Below are positions 50,271-64,000 of a stretch of DNA of 64,000 nucleotides, piece by piece (the first letter of the stretch is position 1; every line of letters starts with the position of its first letter). Both the position numbers and the translations under genes were made by a program. The stretch spans positions 1 to 64,000 of the forward strand of contig JBPGPT010000048.1 of the NCBI GenBank assembly GCA_051047955.1. Reading direction: 5' to 3'. The notes below the pieces were generated by a model. It saw only the letters and a list, made by a program, of their open reading frames with translations, was not told the origin of the DNA and did no database searches. The DNA comes from Cystobasidiomycetes sp. EMM_F5. Lineage: Eukaryota.

Positions 50271-50604
50271 GCTGAAGGGGCTTCTCGTCGATGAAGCTCT
50301 ACGTGAAGGAAGGCGAAGACTACCTTCTTGAGCAAGTCTCAGTATCGAGCGGTGCGTAGCTGGTAGGGAACCCGCAGAGATTATTGCAAAGGGTTGCCTC
50401 AATGTCAAAGATTATTTACCTCCGAAAACTCAGGATATCGCAGTCATCGACAATCAATCAGTGCACGTGTGCAAAATATGCGGACATTTTATCAGATCAG
50501 CAAGCAGCGCCGAGCACTCGGATACAGTGACTATGTTTATACAACGGAGCTATGCATCCGGAGTTACGGCGTTGACAGGTTAAGTGCATAACTTTAAGTG
50601 CGCT

Positions 50605-51443
50605 TCAAACTGGCACTGCAAATGTGCCCTCGACCTCGATGATGTCGTCCTGAGGATAGCCCAATATCGTCAGCTCATACTTCCGAGTCTCACGACCGAG
50701 GATGCTCACGTCATTCAATCGCGACACCTCGATGATTGTCCTGACTGGATAGACTGAATTGTTTCCCCACAACTGCTGAGTCGCAAGGTTGGCAACCGGA
50801 CGGAAGCGGTACATGTCAGTCGTATAGACGACTACTCTCTGTGGATGCGCACACAACAAGTCAACCCGGGCGGTGAGTGTTACTGATTAAGATGACGTAC
50901 GACGCAATCCTGTGGACTTGCTCCGCCAGCAGCAGCCAGATCCAGCATATTCTGGTACGCTTTGAGGATGCGCGTATAGCCAGGGTAGGGGTTAGACGCG
51001 GAAGGAATTACATTCAAGGGTACAAGAGTATTGTTTTCTTGATAGACCCCTCGTTGTCCAGCAATGTATAGCGTATTGCCATACTTGGAGACATGTGACC
51101 ACGGACCTGTCACACATAACATCGCAGCTCAGCCAACAGTCGCCATAAGAAAATGCAAGGGCTACCCGTCGGCGGAAAGTGCCAAGCTGGATTATATGTC
51201 TGGACTCCGAGACGTGAAGTCAGGCTAACGCCATGAAGACCTGTCAGCAACTAGTCGTGCAGACGAATAACCACCGGTAACTTACTTGGGCTGCATAAGG
51301 ACATGTGAAGCGTTGAAGGGATTTGTGTAGTTGGCACTGGCTTGTCTCTTTAGAAGGCTTTGATCGATGCCAGCGGCAGTATTCGGAACGGCGGAAACGG
51401 CACTGCAGAGTAGAAGAGACAGTACTGCGAGTGTCTGCGGCAT
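50605..51443 (-). CDS. RidA/YjgF (Rid) family protein with predicted signal peptide
   Basis: Exon 1 MPQTLAVLSLLLCSAVSAVPNTAAGIDQSLLKRQ. Rid motifs GPWS, LYIAGQRG, YQNM, VVYTTDM, YPVRT, IEVEG. Confidence 0.8.
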
Positions 51444-51878
51444 GATCTGATTCGCCAGCATGATTAAACAGTGTCACACGCTAAAGCAGAGTTGTGAGAG
51501 AGATCCTTGCTTGAGATGTATGCTAGCTGGCTCGCAAGTCACAAAGTAGTAACCATATTATGGGTTGGGCTTGATCCGACTTGATATTTGCTTCCATTGC
51601 CCTCATGCAATCTGTAGACCGTTATCGCGAAAGGTGCAAACGGTGAACGGTCCATCCTGGGTTGCGTACCGTTATCAGCAGCCAATGACGCTGCTTCTCG
51701 GTCCTGGCTTGCGGGCCATCCGAGACGGTTCCATAACAGATCCGAACATATCAACATGCGTAGGAGCTGGTCGATCCTTCATCGGTCTTGGCTGCCGAAA
51801 CAGAAGTATAATTTTGCAGCGATAAGGATCCCGGCATCTCGGACAGCGTGGATGTGTAAGGTGCAAGAAGCAGCTAGA

Positions 51879-52432
51879 TTATGGCGCTTCAGAGAGGCCT
51901 GTTGCAGATGTGGGTATGCGAACCAGCACTGGCACTGTAGGAACTACTTGACCGTCTTTGGCAGCTTTGGCAGCCATGCTCGCTGTCAGTCAGATTGTAG
52001 GCATCAGCAACTCTCGAGGCCTGCTTGGAACGACAAAGAGACCCACCCATCGCAAGGTGAGTAGCACGGAATACATTCTTCCAGTTCTCCACTACAGTCG
52101 CGAATGCTGCGAGTATAGAAGTCAGACCCGTTTATTGTGTATTCACCACGCAATGAATTCCGCAACGCACTCTCTCCACCACCAGCTAGCGTGCCCATAT
52201 CTGCAGCTATACCATCCAGATGAGCCTGGAACTGCTCTACCTGCTTCTCGAGCTTTGTAAAGAGATCCAGCTCTGCCTGCCTTTCCTTTATTCGCTGCTG
52301 GGCTGGCGTGAGAATGACGGCACCGTCCGAATCGTACTGCGTCGACGCAGCTGATGCGCTGGACTGCGTCAAAGTCCCAAACACGCTCTGCCGTGAGTCT
52401 CCACGCCGCGGTGCGACCGAGTACCGCGACAT
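51879..52432 (-). CDS. DAD2: DASH/Dam1 complex subunit Dad2
   Basis: RIKERQAEL...LAGGGE|...VVENWKNVFRA...VLVRIP matches the Dad2 pattern. Confidence 0.85.
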
Positions 52433-52774
52433 TGCTGGAATTGGCTGTTTACGCGTGTTTGGATCCGTTCGAAAGCGATATTGGCACTGTTTGCAGGCTG
52501 CGAGTACTTGTCGAGCTGTGTGCTTGTCAGAATGCAGCTCGTATGCCTCTATTTCGTCGAGTTTGGGTTGTATTGCGTCCAAGCATTGCATCAAGGCAGT
52601 CACTGGGACACCGACTTCCCGCAGTCGCAAGGCCGTCTGGCGATTCGGACATTAGCGACGAGCAGGATATTGCGTACTGACTGGCTGGGCACAACTTGCG
52701 CAGCCCGACTTGCAGCTGGCCTGAACACTGACATACCCGGGTGACGGCGGCAGTCTGGCTCAAACACCCGAATC

Positions 52775-54571
52775 ATGTTTTATCTGGCGTGCAAGCTCAT
52801 AAGGTGGGCACGATATACGTGTCCGGATAGCCTGATAATGGGCGTATGGCTCAGTCTTCTCCCCGTCCCGCTAGCACAACTACCGGCTTCCTGTTTCCAG
52901 CATACTCGTCATACAAGGCAATCCGTACAAACGACGCCCAGGCTATCGAGACATGGCTCATGTACTGGGTAGTGATGGCCGGACTCCACGCCGTGGAGAA
53001 TACCGTCGAATGGACAGTAAACTGGTGCGTGTTTGGTTGCCGCATGTCACGCGCGCAGGCTTATCCGATAAACTGATGTCTTTGTTGCTCTCGACTGGAT
53101 CGTCAGGATCCCATTCTACTATGAGATAAAGTCTATCGTCATCGTCTGGCTCACTTTGCCCCAGATTCAGGTGCGATAGACAATCCCGCAACACACATCG
53201 CAAGGCTAACGTACTCAACAGGGCTCAACCTTTGTATACGTAACATACATACATCCATTCCTTCTCTCTCACGAAAGTGAAATAGATGCGACCGTCTCTC
53301 AAGCCAAGACGAAAGCGAGAGCAGCAGGTCTTGACTACATGCGGCGCGCTTGGTTGGCTGTCAGAGATGCCGTAGTGGGCGCCATTGTTGCCGTAAGCTC
53401 AGGACACCCCATATTACTCTGTATGCTAATGAGGTCCGATGCTTCATAGAACGGAGGTGACCCACAAGCAGCAGCAGCTCTGACAGGCGCACCAGCACAA
53501 ACCAATCCGCCTCCTGCAGCCGCAACACAGCCGTCTGGACCCGCCAATGCGCCTCCGTCACCTACTCCGAGTACGTGGGCCTTTGCGAACAATGCTCTGC
53601 GAACCTATGGTCCTGCAGCTCTGGCCGCAGGTCACGCCTTGTTTCGCCCGATGCAGGCTTCGGGACAGTCTGCCGATGCTCTGCACAAGAAGGACGATGA
53701 CTATCATCAAGATGGACGTAGTGCTAATGCTATTGGGAGAGGACCACCGCCTGCGAGTCGAGATTACGCTGATCAACCCAGTGCTGGCATGTTAGGAACA
53801 TCACTTGCTGATGCAGCCTATAGGACTGCAAGCTCTCTGGGTGCTACAGCTGCTCTTCGAAGTGCCCTGAATAGGGATCCCCAGCGACTGTACCAGCAAG
53901 AAGTCACTCGTCCTACTGCCGATCGGCGTGTCATGTCTGCTTCTGCTGCTGTCGGCGGAACCTCAGCGACGGCGAGTGCCTACTCTGGCTACTCGCGAGA
54001 ACAGCTCAGACAGAGGAGGTTGGAGTTGGAAGCCGAGTTGGCAGCACTGGAAGCACCCAACACCTCCTTTACCGGCCCATCTTCGCCTGGAGGTGACTCT
54101 CTGCATGCTCCTACCGGACCCACGCGCGCAAGTCGGACACCTTCGCCCATTGACTCACCGAATGATGACTCTCTACGCGCTTATCCACCATCGCCTGCTC
54201 GTGATAGGGGCAGGCATGTGTCCGGTCCCGTCTCATCTCGTGGAGGTCGTATCTCACCCTTAGCTATGTCTATGACTTCACCTCTTGATGCGTCTGCGTA
54301 CGAAACTATCCGTCGCGAAGAAGCAGAGAACATCGTTCTGCCACCCGACTGGGGTCGATCAGCAAGCCGAGATGGCTGGAAGGGGGCTCCGCCTCATCAA
54401 GGCCAGCCAGGGACTGCTGCGTCTGGTCTAAGCAAATCTATGGGTCCTTCGTCGACGACCAAGCCGTCTACTAGCGATCAGCAAATTGGTGCGGTAAAGC
54501 GGCAATCTTGGTTCTGGAACTCGCCTGCTCTGCCACCCGTACCTGCGGAGAAGGACAAGAAGCAGGCCTGA
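52775..54571 (+). CDS. TB2/DP1/HVA22 (REEP1-4-like) membrane protein with long disordered tail
   Basis: Motifs FLFPAYSSYKAI, WLMYWVV, IPFYYEIK, WLTLPQIQ|GSTFVY...HPFL..HESEID. Confidence 0.88.
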
Positions 54572-55103
54572 GTCAACCATCAGGCAACTTCAACCGTAAT
54601 CACTGTACCGATTCTACCGTCGTGACCTTCCGCCCACTCCTCATGACCACTTTTTACCTTGCTGTAGCATTGCTCAGCATGTTGTTCTGGATTCCCGATC
54701 CCTCAATCTGCCAGCTGCCTTGTAAATTTAAAAATTCTGTGACGACTCGTGATAGCATTCCTCACCGTACCCAGTCCATGTAGCTCTAATTCGTTCAATC
54801 CACTGCCTAGCAATGACAAGCCATCCCGTCAATTGTAACCATAGTCCACACTCACAAGGCCTATCTCCTACTCAAGCTTGATTTTATCCGAAAGGCACTG
54901 CTATCTCAGATTAGCTTGTGATTATTGACACTATTTCGATACTGAGATTGAAGGTGATAAGGCAGGGACTAAAGAATGTCGTGGAGTCGTGTAATGTGGG
55001 CAAAAAGCCTCGATTCGCTCATGAATCCGATATTAGGGGCGTCCAAACGTAGTAAAGATACTATCTACAACGCAATCTTGCGCTTCGCTTTTCAGGCTCG
55101 ACC

Positions 55104-57827
55104 TTACTTTTCCTTCTCCAATTTATCCGACATTCCGGCAGTTGCCTCCGGATGCAATAATGGTTGGAGACCCATCTGAGAAGTATCAAAGCCGTGCTCT
55201 TCCAGATATCCACGGAATATCTCATCCTCTCTCGTCATGAAATCGGCATTGATATTAGGAATCAAGAAAAAGGTAATGATCGCAGCGAAGAGCGACAGAG
55301 AAGAACCAATGTAGACAGGAATGGTGTCTCCTCTGGTAGTTCCAGCTCCACCGACCGAGTCCTGAATAGGCTATTGAAATGCCAAATATCAAGTCAAAAG
55401 ACGCCCATAAACGCAGTAATAGTGAACTTACTGTATATACTACGATGATTCGTACAAAACAAGCGTCAGCTGAGAATGGACTCTGACAAAGCGTGAGTGC
55501 GTACCGTATGTGGCAATCTGAACAGCATGCAGTCAGCCTGAGCAACAAGGAACAGCGTACAGGTAAAGAACGCTCACAAAAGCAAAGAGTTTGCCGACTG
55601 CAGCAGCAATGGCGTAAAAGATGCCTCTTACGGCTACAAGATACATGTGTCAGCACACCCGAAGCAGTCAAGACGCAGATACGGTGCGTCACCTGTTGGT
55701 CCCGTAGCCTTTGCTGCAAGGACACCCAAATTATTACCAGGTCCAAATTCTCCCTGTTTGCGATCCTCAATTCGAAATATATGCGAACATCCATTTCTTA
55801 AACTCACGAAACTGAGGTAGATACCGTAGATAACGGCAAATCCAGCAATATTTTGTTGTAATTTTTCGTATGCGCCGCTCATTGCGAATCCGACCACAGC
55901 TTGGCCTACGTCTGTTGTTCAGCTTACGACACCGTCGTGCTGGATTGAAAGTTTGGCTTACAGAGGAAGCCAACGATCCTGTTGGGGAAATGCAGAGTAA
56001 GCTTGTGAGTCGTCTGTATACAGGGCCTCGTCTTACATGCAGTACTTTGGTCCCAGATAATCAGCTGCAAACGCTCCAATACTGCAAAGATTTCATCGCG
56101 TCAATTTGAGAAGGTACAAGCTCGCCATATTTATCTGCCTACATTGTTCCGGGAATATAGAATGCCTGTGATGGTATTCACCAATTTAGCGCATGGCAGA
56201 GCGCGGTGTTTGTGGTTGCTCACATTGATGAGGGTATCGTAGCCAAGGACTTGTGACACAGTCCCGTTGGGGATAATGGCTGTCACGATCGTTGATGAGT
56301 AAATGCCAGCCGGGTATGCACTGTTTCACAAGGTTAGTAGTCAGTATGTGCCGAGCAAGGGATCTGGAGATCGCGCACATCCAGTCATAGACGGCCCAAG
56401 CCTATCAAAAGACCAGCACTTTAGCTTCAGGGAAAAGAAAGGATGTGCGAATACGAACCACGCAGACGCCCAGCAGGCGCGACCAGTACTTCTTGAAGAT
56501 GAGCCACCAAGGCAAACTACGGAAAGCGACTCTTCGCATCGAGCTCTGTTGATATGTCTTCGGTTCTTGCATCTGCATTCGGAAAAATAGGACAACCAAA
56601 GGAAGAATGGCACCAAATCCAAGCGTGATGCGCCAAACCCATTCGATGTGATCCTGGCCGAAGATTTGCCAGCAAATGTATGGCACGAGGCTGCACAACC
56701 ATTGCAGCAGTCAGGCATTTACAAAGCTGGATGTCGAGCGCACGTCTGGCTTACTAAGCAAGTACGAAGCCAAAGTCGATGGCTGTATTCGTGGCCAGAA
56801 TCAGATATTTCTGCTGGCTTTTCTTTGCTACACCAGGATCTTCTGTGTTTTCTGCGGCGGCAACGGAACCACTTGCTGCAAGGCGCAGACGCATCAGTCC
56901 AGCCGCAGCGGTGTAGCTTTGGCAGCCAGACATACGATATTCTGCACCGACACCAATGCCGATAAGGAAGCGATATGCCTGTATGGTGACAATGTTTAGT
57001 GGAGGACTACCAGTGAAGATCAAGAGCAACTGACAATCAAGCATTTCCATAGTACGTCGATGTTGTTGCCACCGTAAGCCAGTCCGGCAATGAGCGACCA
57101 GAAAGCCATCCAGATCTGCGTTAAATATCGAGCATGAGCAAACCGTAGGTGGCATTCGATGATCTGGGTTCTCACGCTCGCAAAGATCTGAAACATTGCG
57201 ACGGGGAAGACGAACATGATTAGCTACGCCTTTTCAGGCATGAAAGTGCAGAGATAAACAACTGACCATCCCTGGTTTGCGCCCTACACGATCAACCAGA
57301 TATCCAAAAGATAACTGTCCGACCACGATGCCGGCAAACACCAAGCTGAATGGGAAATCATTCATCAGGCCGTCATGACGCTTCCTGAAAGCGAAAGGAA
57401 ATCATACGATGCTAATCAACGCAACATCATCAGATCATATCCACTGAGACAGGCCAACATGGCTAGACCACTCACAGAAAAGCTGTCCATATTCGGGCTT
57501 GTATGTCTTGGGATAATTCAATTGAATAAGATAGCGGGAAGAGCCGCCTGAAGCATTGACATAACCGTCACTGAAGCTGTGTGATTGGCGGGGGAGGATG
57601 GAAAGTTGGCCCATTTCGCAAGGTCAGATGCCGAATCTATCGGCTAAGATGCCGTGGAGAATTGGGCATATCTACAAACCAATACGTACAGCGCGGCTCC
57701 GCAAGCAAAGATGGTACTGAGCACCGTCGCAGGGATATGTGTCAGCTACTGCGCGTCCGAAAGCTTCGCGGGAACCTCACGCTATCTTCCCCAGACCGCG
57801 CTTCCTCTCCATCGAATCACTAGACAT
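55104..57827 (-). CDS. MFS transporter, Git1/Pho84-like (glycerophosphodiester permease-like)
   Basis: Motifs [51 protein letters not shown]. Highly intron-fragmented. Confidence 0.85.
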
Positions 57828-58396
57828 GGTATAGCTTTTCGGACTTGGGATATCGCATTAGATGGTACAGCAGTCCACAAGATGCAGATGTGGTGATGCA
57901 ACTGGAAGCTCAAGTAGTCTCGAGATCCAGTAATGCTTCACCGACAATTGACCGGAGACCATTTACGGGTCACATGGGCGATCGAAGAAGCTGCTCTCGG
58001 ATTCAAAATTAGCCCAATCAGATAATTTCGCTCAATGTCATGTTTAGAATGAGCCAAACGTGCGGCAAGGTGATACGTCGAGAGACTTCGTTAGTCAACG
58101 TTCTATCTTGAAGAATATGAGATGCGCTACCGCGGCAACCAAGCGTCAGAATTCGTTCCTAATGTCATTTAAGCAGTCTATAAACAAAATAAGTATATAA
58201 CCAGTACAGGACGCCGTGCGAAAGCAGAAAAAGGATACAGGATCGGAAAGCAGACTGAGCAGTATCCAGGAATAGAGAGAGACTTGAAGTTTGCGCAGAA
58301 GCAGCTATTTTTGATGAATGAAAGGGAGCCTTGAACCAATAAAACACGGTACCGAAGAAGCAAGCCGGATTGACCAAATCACATGCATCGAACTGA

Positions 58397-61300
58397 TCAT
58401 TCTTGTCCACTGAGAGAAAGGGTCAGCTGGGCCGATTAAACTCAGAAATGATTCCACTCACAATCCGCTCGTGTTTTCGAGAGCAAAGGTCAATTTCTTC
58501 TCGAGCTCCTCCTGGCTTGGATACGGTGGGAGATCCAATCGGTTGAAACATGTATGAGCTTTTGGTAAGTGTGTGATTTCGCCTGCCTTCTCAATGGTGA
58601 ATCGACGAGGACCATCGGAGCCTTGAAGATCCTTGAAACCGTTTACTGGGACTTTCGAAGTACCGGTTGTAAATTGCAAGAGGCGCGACTTCTTTTCTGC
58701 GGGCCAGTTGCGAACAGTCTGCCAGAACCAGACTACAATCTGATCCGACGAGCTGCAATTGCGGTAGTCTGTATGTTTTGCCCAATCGTCGACGTCAATC
58801 TCCGACATGCCACCAATAAGCAGCTCAAGCTCTCGCTCATCAAACACATTGATGAGTTCTTGAGGAATGAGTTCGTTGAAGCCCGACATGAAGCTCTTAA
58901 ACTGCTCCTCGACGCGTCGTTGAATACGCCACACGGTGATGAGCTCTACATATTCCTTCTTGTTGGACTCGTTGACTTCAATCTCTTGACCACCCGGCTT
59001 GAGTTCCACGTCCACTACCTCGCCGAATCGATCATCCTCAACAGAGAAGGTATTCTCGATAACGTCAGTGACGTCATTCTCGAGCATCCAGGTCAAAGAC
59101 CGGAAAATTTCAGCATCAACGCTCTCCATGTCGACGAGGGCAATCTTCTTGTCGAGAATCATCTTGTAGAACGAAGTGATGAAATAGGCATCGAGGAAAC
59201 GACGGTGGAAAATGGCAAGACCTAGAACTCGGCCGATAAATTTGAAATAGTTGAGGTGCTCTGGGTTGATACCAGAGTGCGGGTTGATTTGCAACGTATA
59301 GTTGTCGTGTGCCGAGTACTCGAATAAGCAGTAAAAGGGATTGAACTGCAGTCATACACAGAACATCAGCACCCAATCGCAGATGCCCCGCACATTACCT
59401 AAACTGACCATTTCATGCGACAAGAGGAAGAAGAACTCTCGAGACAGACCACCGTAGTCGAGGCCGTCTTCACCATCAAACTTGATCATCAGTCTCTTCT
59501 TGAGGTCATTTGCATTCTGTCTCATAATCTCGGCATACGAATCTTCAAAGATGTGCGTTCTTCGAATCTTGACGTGGCACTGTCCAGGAATAGGGCGAAG
59601 AGCAGGTTGTGACCTGAAATAGATGAGTTTGCGCCTAAAGTCTCGCTTGTACTGCGGTACATTTAGCTCCAAGCTGGATGGGAGACGAGGATCATCCCAT
59701 GTCGTCGTCTTTGTATTGTGGTCGACAAAGTAGACGCGCGCTGTACTTGTCAGACGCATCTCCCAGCCGGAAGGCAGTGGTCCGAGCTGAGAGACAGTCT
59801 GTGGTTGCGTAGACATGTTGCTGCCATTTGGTCCGACTACGCGAACGAGCTGTTGCCTTCGCGGATCGACCCATGTCGTCGTACGAGTGTTATGGTCGAC
59901 AAAATACGGTCGTCCTTCTGGGGTAAAGCGTTGTTCCCATCCTGCGGGGAGCGGGCCAGTACCAGCTTGAGTCGAGCCAGACGCACTGGAAGCGCCTAGT
60001 GCACCACTTGCTGCACCGGCTGCGGAGGTAGACGAAGTAGTAGTAGGTGAAGCTGCTGCAGAAGCTGGTGCAGCTGGAGTTTCAGTATTTAGGAAATCAT
60101 CTGCAGTCAGACGTTGATTATTCTGTGCGCGTTCGCGGTTGGTCGTCTCTGCCTGTCGTACTGCATTCTGTACCTGGTCACGGTTAGGACGTGTCCAAGT
60201 AGTCGCACGGGAATTATGGTCGACATAGTACGTTCGGCCGAGATGATCTACCCTCCGCTCCCATCCGGTTGGCAACGGACCATACTGATCTTCGTGTGGA
60301 TTGAAATCACGCGAGGTGGACGAGTTGCCATTGTGTGCTGTCGCGCTCGAACCACCGTGCGTTACCTGAGGCGCTGTTGCTGCTGCGTGACTGGGTGGAG
60401 CACCAGAGTTTGCATTAGTCGTGGCAGGACTGGTCGCCGAAGCAGTAGAGGTGGCACTCGTAGGCGTGGTCGGGGTGACGGGTGTAGCTAGACTGCTGGG
60501 TGCAGTAGATATGGAGCTGGTCGATACACCCAAGGTCGACGCACCGCTGGATGCCGTTGCCGAAGTGGCCGAAGTGGAAGCGCCAGTCGAGGTGTTTGTC
60601 GTAGTTCGCAACGGAGTGTAGGTGTTTGTAGACAGCTGTATGATACATTTTCCATGCACTACGAGGTTATCGTTGGACTTTTTCAGCTCGCGAGTGAGTG
60701 TTTCTGGAGGTTTACCGAGATGAGCGAGTGCTTGAGGATCATAGCTCGGTCACGACCCACCTTCACCGCCGAGGTCGAGGTCAATGACCTGGGAGACCTT
60801 GATGTTTACCACGCCTAGAAATCCTTGATCCTTGCGCTTAAACTTCTTTTGATCAAATATCTGCACGGTGATGACGGACGAGTCTTTGACAGTCCTGGAA
60901 TGCCCAAATAGACGGGGACGATGCGGGTGAGACGAATCAACAGAGCAAGAGTAGTAGCACTCACACGTCAAAGGTCTCGTTCCAGTACGGGTTCAGCGTC
61001 TTCTTTACGGCTGCGGTTGTGTGCGTCTGCTGCCCATCGACCGTCACCACTGCGAATGGATGGGGCAGTGCGAACTGGAGTAACGAGATAGAAAAGAGTC
61101 AGCGGTGTCTCAGTAATCAGTATGTGCGAGTGTAGACCAGCTGGATGTGGACGAGCCAGTCTTGCTTCAACTGCGCGTATCCGACTTGGAAACGGCATCG
61201 TTTTGTCATCCATCGGGGGCATTTATACGACAGAGATCCAGAGCGGCCATCCCATCCAGCCCATCCCATCCAGCCATTCACTGCACCGTCTCCGCAATAT

Positions 61301-61476
61301 CGACTCACCACATCCCGCTTGACGAGCGAGTCTGCCGCTACGACAGTCAGGCGAATCGACCGAGTCCTGGGAGGGGAGGGGAGGGGAGGATTGGTCAGCA
61401 GTGCTAGAGCCATACTAGGACTCGCTGGCTAGCTGGCTCACCTGGACGCGCTGGGTGCTGCAGCTCCGCTCGACAT
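58397..61476 (-). CDS. RSP5: HECT E3 ubiquitin ligase (C2, three WW, HECT)
   Basis: C2 domain ([26 protein letters not shown]), three GPLPxGWE WW domains, HECT with [16 protein letters not shown]. Last exon gives FGQE*. Confidence 0.97.
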
Positions 61477-61694
61477 GGCTGGTGTTTGGTGTTGTCGGTG
61501 AGTCGCTGGAAAAGTAATGGATGCCGTGACTGCGATCAGCATCAGCCAAATTGCAGCCGGCAGTCTTTGTCTTTGTCTTTGAATTCCATCTGAAGCATGC
61601 TGTGCTTGTACATCATGACACGATAGTATTACATTCCCTCGCAGCCCTGCATTCTGATCCCCTACCCTTTTTCCCGCTTTGAAATATCAAAACT

Positions 61695-62367
61695 ATGGCA
61701 TTAGCAGCAGAGATCCATTCAGCACTCCGCGTATGCAGAAAACAAATATATAAGATACGGAGAAGAACGAGAGCTGATTGACTTTGCTTCGCTACTAATT
61801 GCGCGCTCTCTTCTCCGCTACCCGTTCCTACCATTCTCAGGCCCTCATTCGAGCACAGAGGATTACATTCAGTGGAGACGTGAAAGCCTTGCAGGGTCAG
61901 TCTACGCGGTCTAAAATGATGAGCATGCTCTCATGTTTGTATTGGCAGCATCCCGCGAACTCAACAGAGCCCTCCTTGCACCCGCGCTAGACCCTGCATC
62001 ATCCCAAGAGCAACGCACAGAAGCAATACAGGGTGCACATCAAGCTGCACTGTACTTTCGTCAGCATGTGCTGCAGGGAGTGGCAGAAAGTAGGGAATCA
62101 AATTATGGTATGTGGTTTGTATACATATTCTTCAAGAAGTAAGAAAGCTGAAACGAGCACTGTTCAATTGACACGCGTTATTACGCATACATACTCTCTT
62201 ACCCTGTCGTATCTTATTACATCATCTCTACAGCCCTCCGGATAACGCCAGAAACGAAACTGGGCGATAATGAATCCATAAAAAATGTTGCTCCCGCTCC
62301 GAGCTTGGACGAGATTGTAAAGAGCAAGGGAACGGCAGTCAAGAGACGGAGACGGCAAGCTGCATAG
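61695..62367 (+). CDS. MZM1: LYR-family complex III assembly factor Mzm1/LYRM7
   Basis: Spliced product: SALR|ALIRAQRITFSGD...AALYFRQHVLQGV...LRITPETKLGDNESIK. Confidence 0.8.
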
Positions 62368-62884
62368 CGGGGCGTGCGCGAGACATGCTTGAGGGCGATA
62401 CCTGCTCATTGATACCATCTCCAGAAATAGATGCGTATGACGGCACTGGACGAGGGTTCAATTATCGTCAATGTGTAGGCTGGAGCAACGACAGCAAGAC
62501 GATACACTATCCAGGAAGAATTCAGCCTCACATCTCGTCTTCTGCGTGATCTTCGCGAGTCTTTCTAGCATTTTTATACTGACGATCATGCATAAATTTC
62601 ATCATGCGCGTTTATCAGCGCAGGGAGTTGGGAGAAGTAGGACGCGGACACGGTGGACACGAGCAATGTGTGCCATAGTATATACCCTGCGCTGTCTCTG
62701 TTCACATACATCGCTCGTTGTTCAACTCAAAACACTGCCCAAACCTTGCCCATTTGCGCGTGGTTTGGTATCGCCGATAGGGAGCGTCAGTTCACTAATG
62801 CAGCGCCCAGCTGGCTTGCCTCTGGACTGACCGAGTTCACAGACACCACTGCTGAGACTAACTCCACAACCCACTGAGGCCGAT

Positions 62885-64000
62885 ATGGGCAACACTGCGT
62901 CCCGTCACGGTGGTAGCGCTGACCCGTCTGGCTCGGCAATCTCGACGACGACGGCAAACAGCCCAATCAGCCCATCGTCGCCCACCGTCGGAGGCAGTAG
63001 CGGTATCCTAGACCGTAGAAGGCAGTCTCACTCTGCTGGAGTTGGTGCTGGTGCAGACGGGTCGGGCAGTCATGGTCATCCTGGGGCTGCAGCGGGTGGT
63101 GCCGTCACTGCTTCCGGACCAGCTGCCAACCCCGATCCAGGCAACAGGCAAGCGGCAGCAGCTCTGTACCATCAGGAAGCACGCATAGACAATGGCCATC
63201 TCGTTCCGCTCAGCAACATTTACCCCAACGCTCCCCAGGACTGGCTCCACGATGTCGTACAGACGCTAATCGTACAGCGAAAGATTGCCCCATTCTACCG
63301 CGGACTGGATGATTGTGACGGCGCAGACGATAACGACGATGAGAATGATGAGAGTAGCTCGTTTGACGTAGAAGCCATCAATACAGCTCTCAATAACGTA
63401 GGAGACGAGCAGGCAAAGAAGTGGAGGAGGAAGCTCTACAAAGACGCAGATCGCAAAGCAGAAGCAAACATGTATAGAAAGGCAGCAGAATGCCCAATAT
63501 GCTTCCTGTGGGTCGTTGCGCGCTTATCTTGTCACATTTTTGTAGACTGACGTTATCGCCATCCTACCGACTTCATACCTCAGCTACTACCCTCCTCTCA
63601 TCAATACTTCCAGATGCTGTGACCAGCCTATCTGTACGGAATGCTTCGTGCAGATCAAGCGTACTGACCCAACTCCAACCAATATCACCGTGAGTCATCG
63701 CTCTGTAGAAACGGAACCGGCTCTCACTGATACACCTTTTCTCATAACACCGCTATGATTGACCTGTGTTTAGAGCGAACCCGCCGCCTGCCCATACTGC
63801 GTTGAACCGAATTTCGGAGTGACGTATATTCCACCGCCAGTGTCTCACCGGACGGGTCTGGGTGCCTTGAAAAAGGGAGGATCCGGGAAGCATGCAGTCA
63901 GCTCCAACATGGAGCGTACATTGTCGGGGCAATCAGCTGCATCGTCTTCCTCGAACGGCGCGGAAGCAGAAGAAGCGGGTCCGGCTACAGCAGCTCACAA
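62885..64000 (+). CDS. SIP5: Sip5 family protein (Snf1-interacting, RING-like), 3' end outside window
   Basis: MGN myristoylation start, [53 protein letters not shown]...FGVTY. Confidence 0.9.

Noticed and set aside
61075..61310. Possible snoRNA in the long RSP5 intron (and in the OTU1 intron near 12263-12382)
   Set aside because: No convincing C/D box pair with terminal stem or recognisable rRNA guide could be identified by eye.

Overview
Compact, intron-rich fungal genomic DNA. Short GT-AG introns and the protein families suggest a basidiomycete yeast, possibly Pucciniomycotina; that placement is inference. I can support about 28 protein-coding genes and one intron-containing tRNA-Arg(CCG), and see no mobile elements or CRISPR. 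Housekeeping genes include MCM7, KEX2, OTU1, a USP48-like deubiquitinase, OGG1, NTH1, JMJD4, DAD2, RSP5, MZM1 and SIP5. Main highlight: a mycosporine (UV sunscreen) cluster at about 19.2-31.5 kb. It holds an ATP-grasp ligase, DDGS and O-methyltransferase, extended by an A-T-R NRPS-like reductase, an aldo-keto reductase and an SDR, and it sits 83 bp from the OGG1 start codon. Other highlights: (1) a divergent pair of disordered GW-motif proteins, one with a CCCH finger built across a 10-nt microexon, which are candidate Argonaute-hook factors; (2) a possible zero-length-exon (recursive) splice site; (3) a RidA-family protein with a signal peptide and KR propeptide; (4) an SDR whose SKL peroxisomal signal depends on splicing. 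All exon structures were assembled by eye and no database searches were run.
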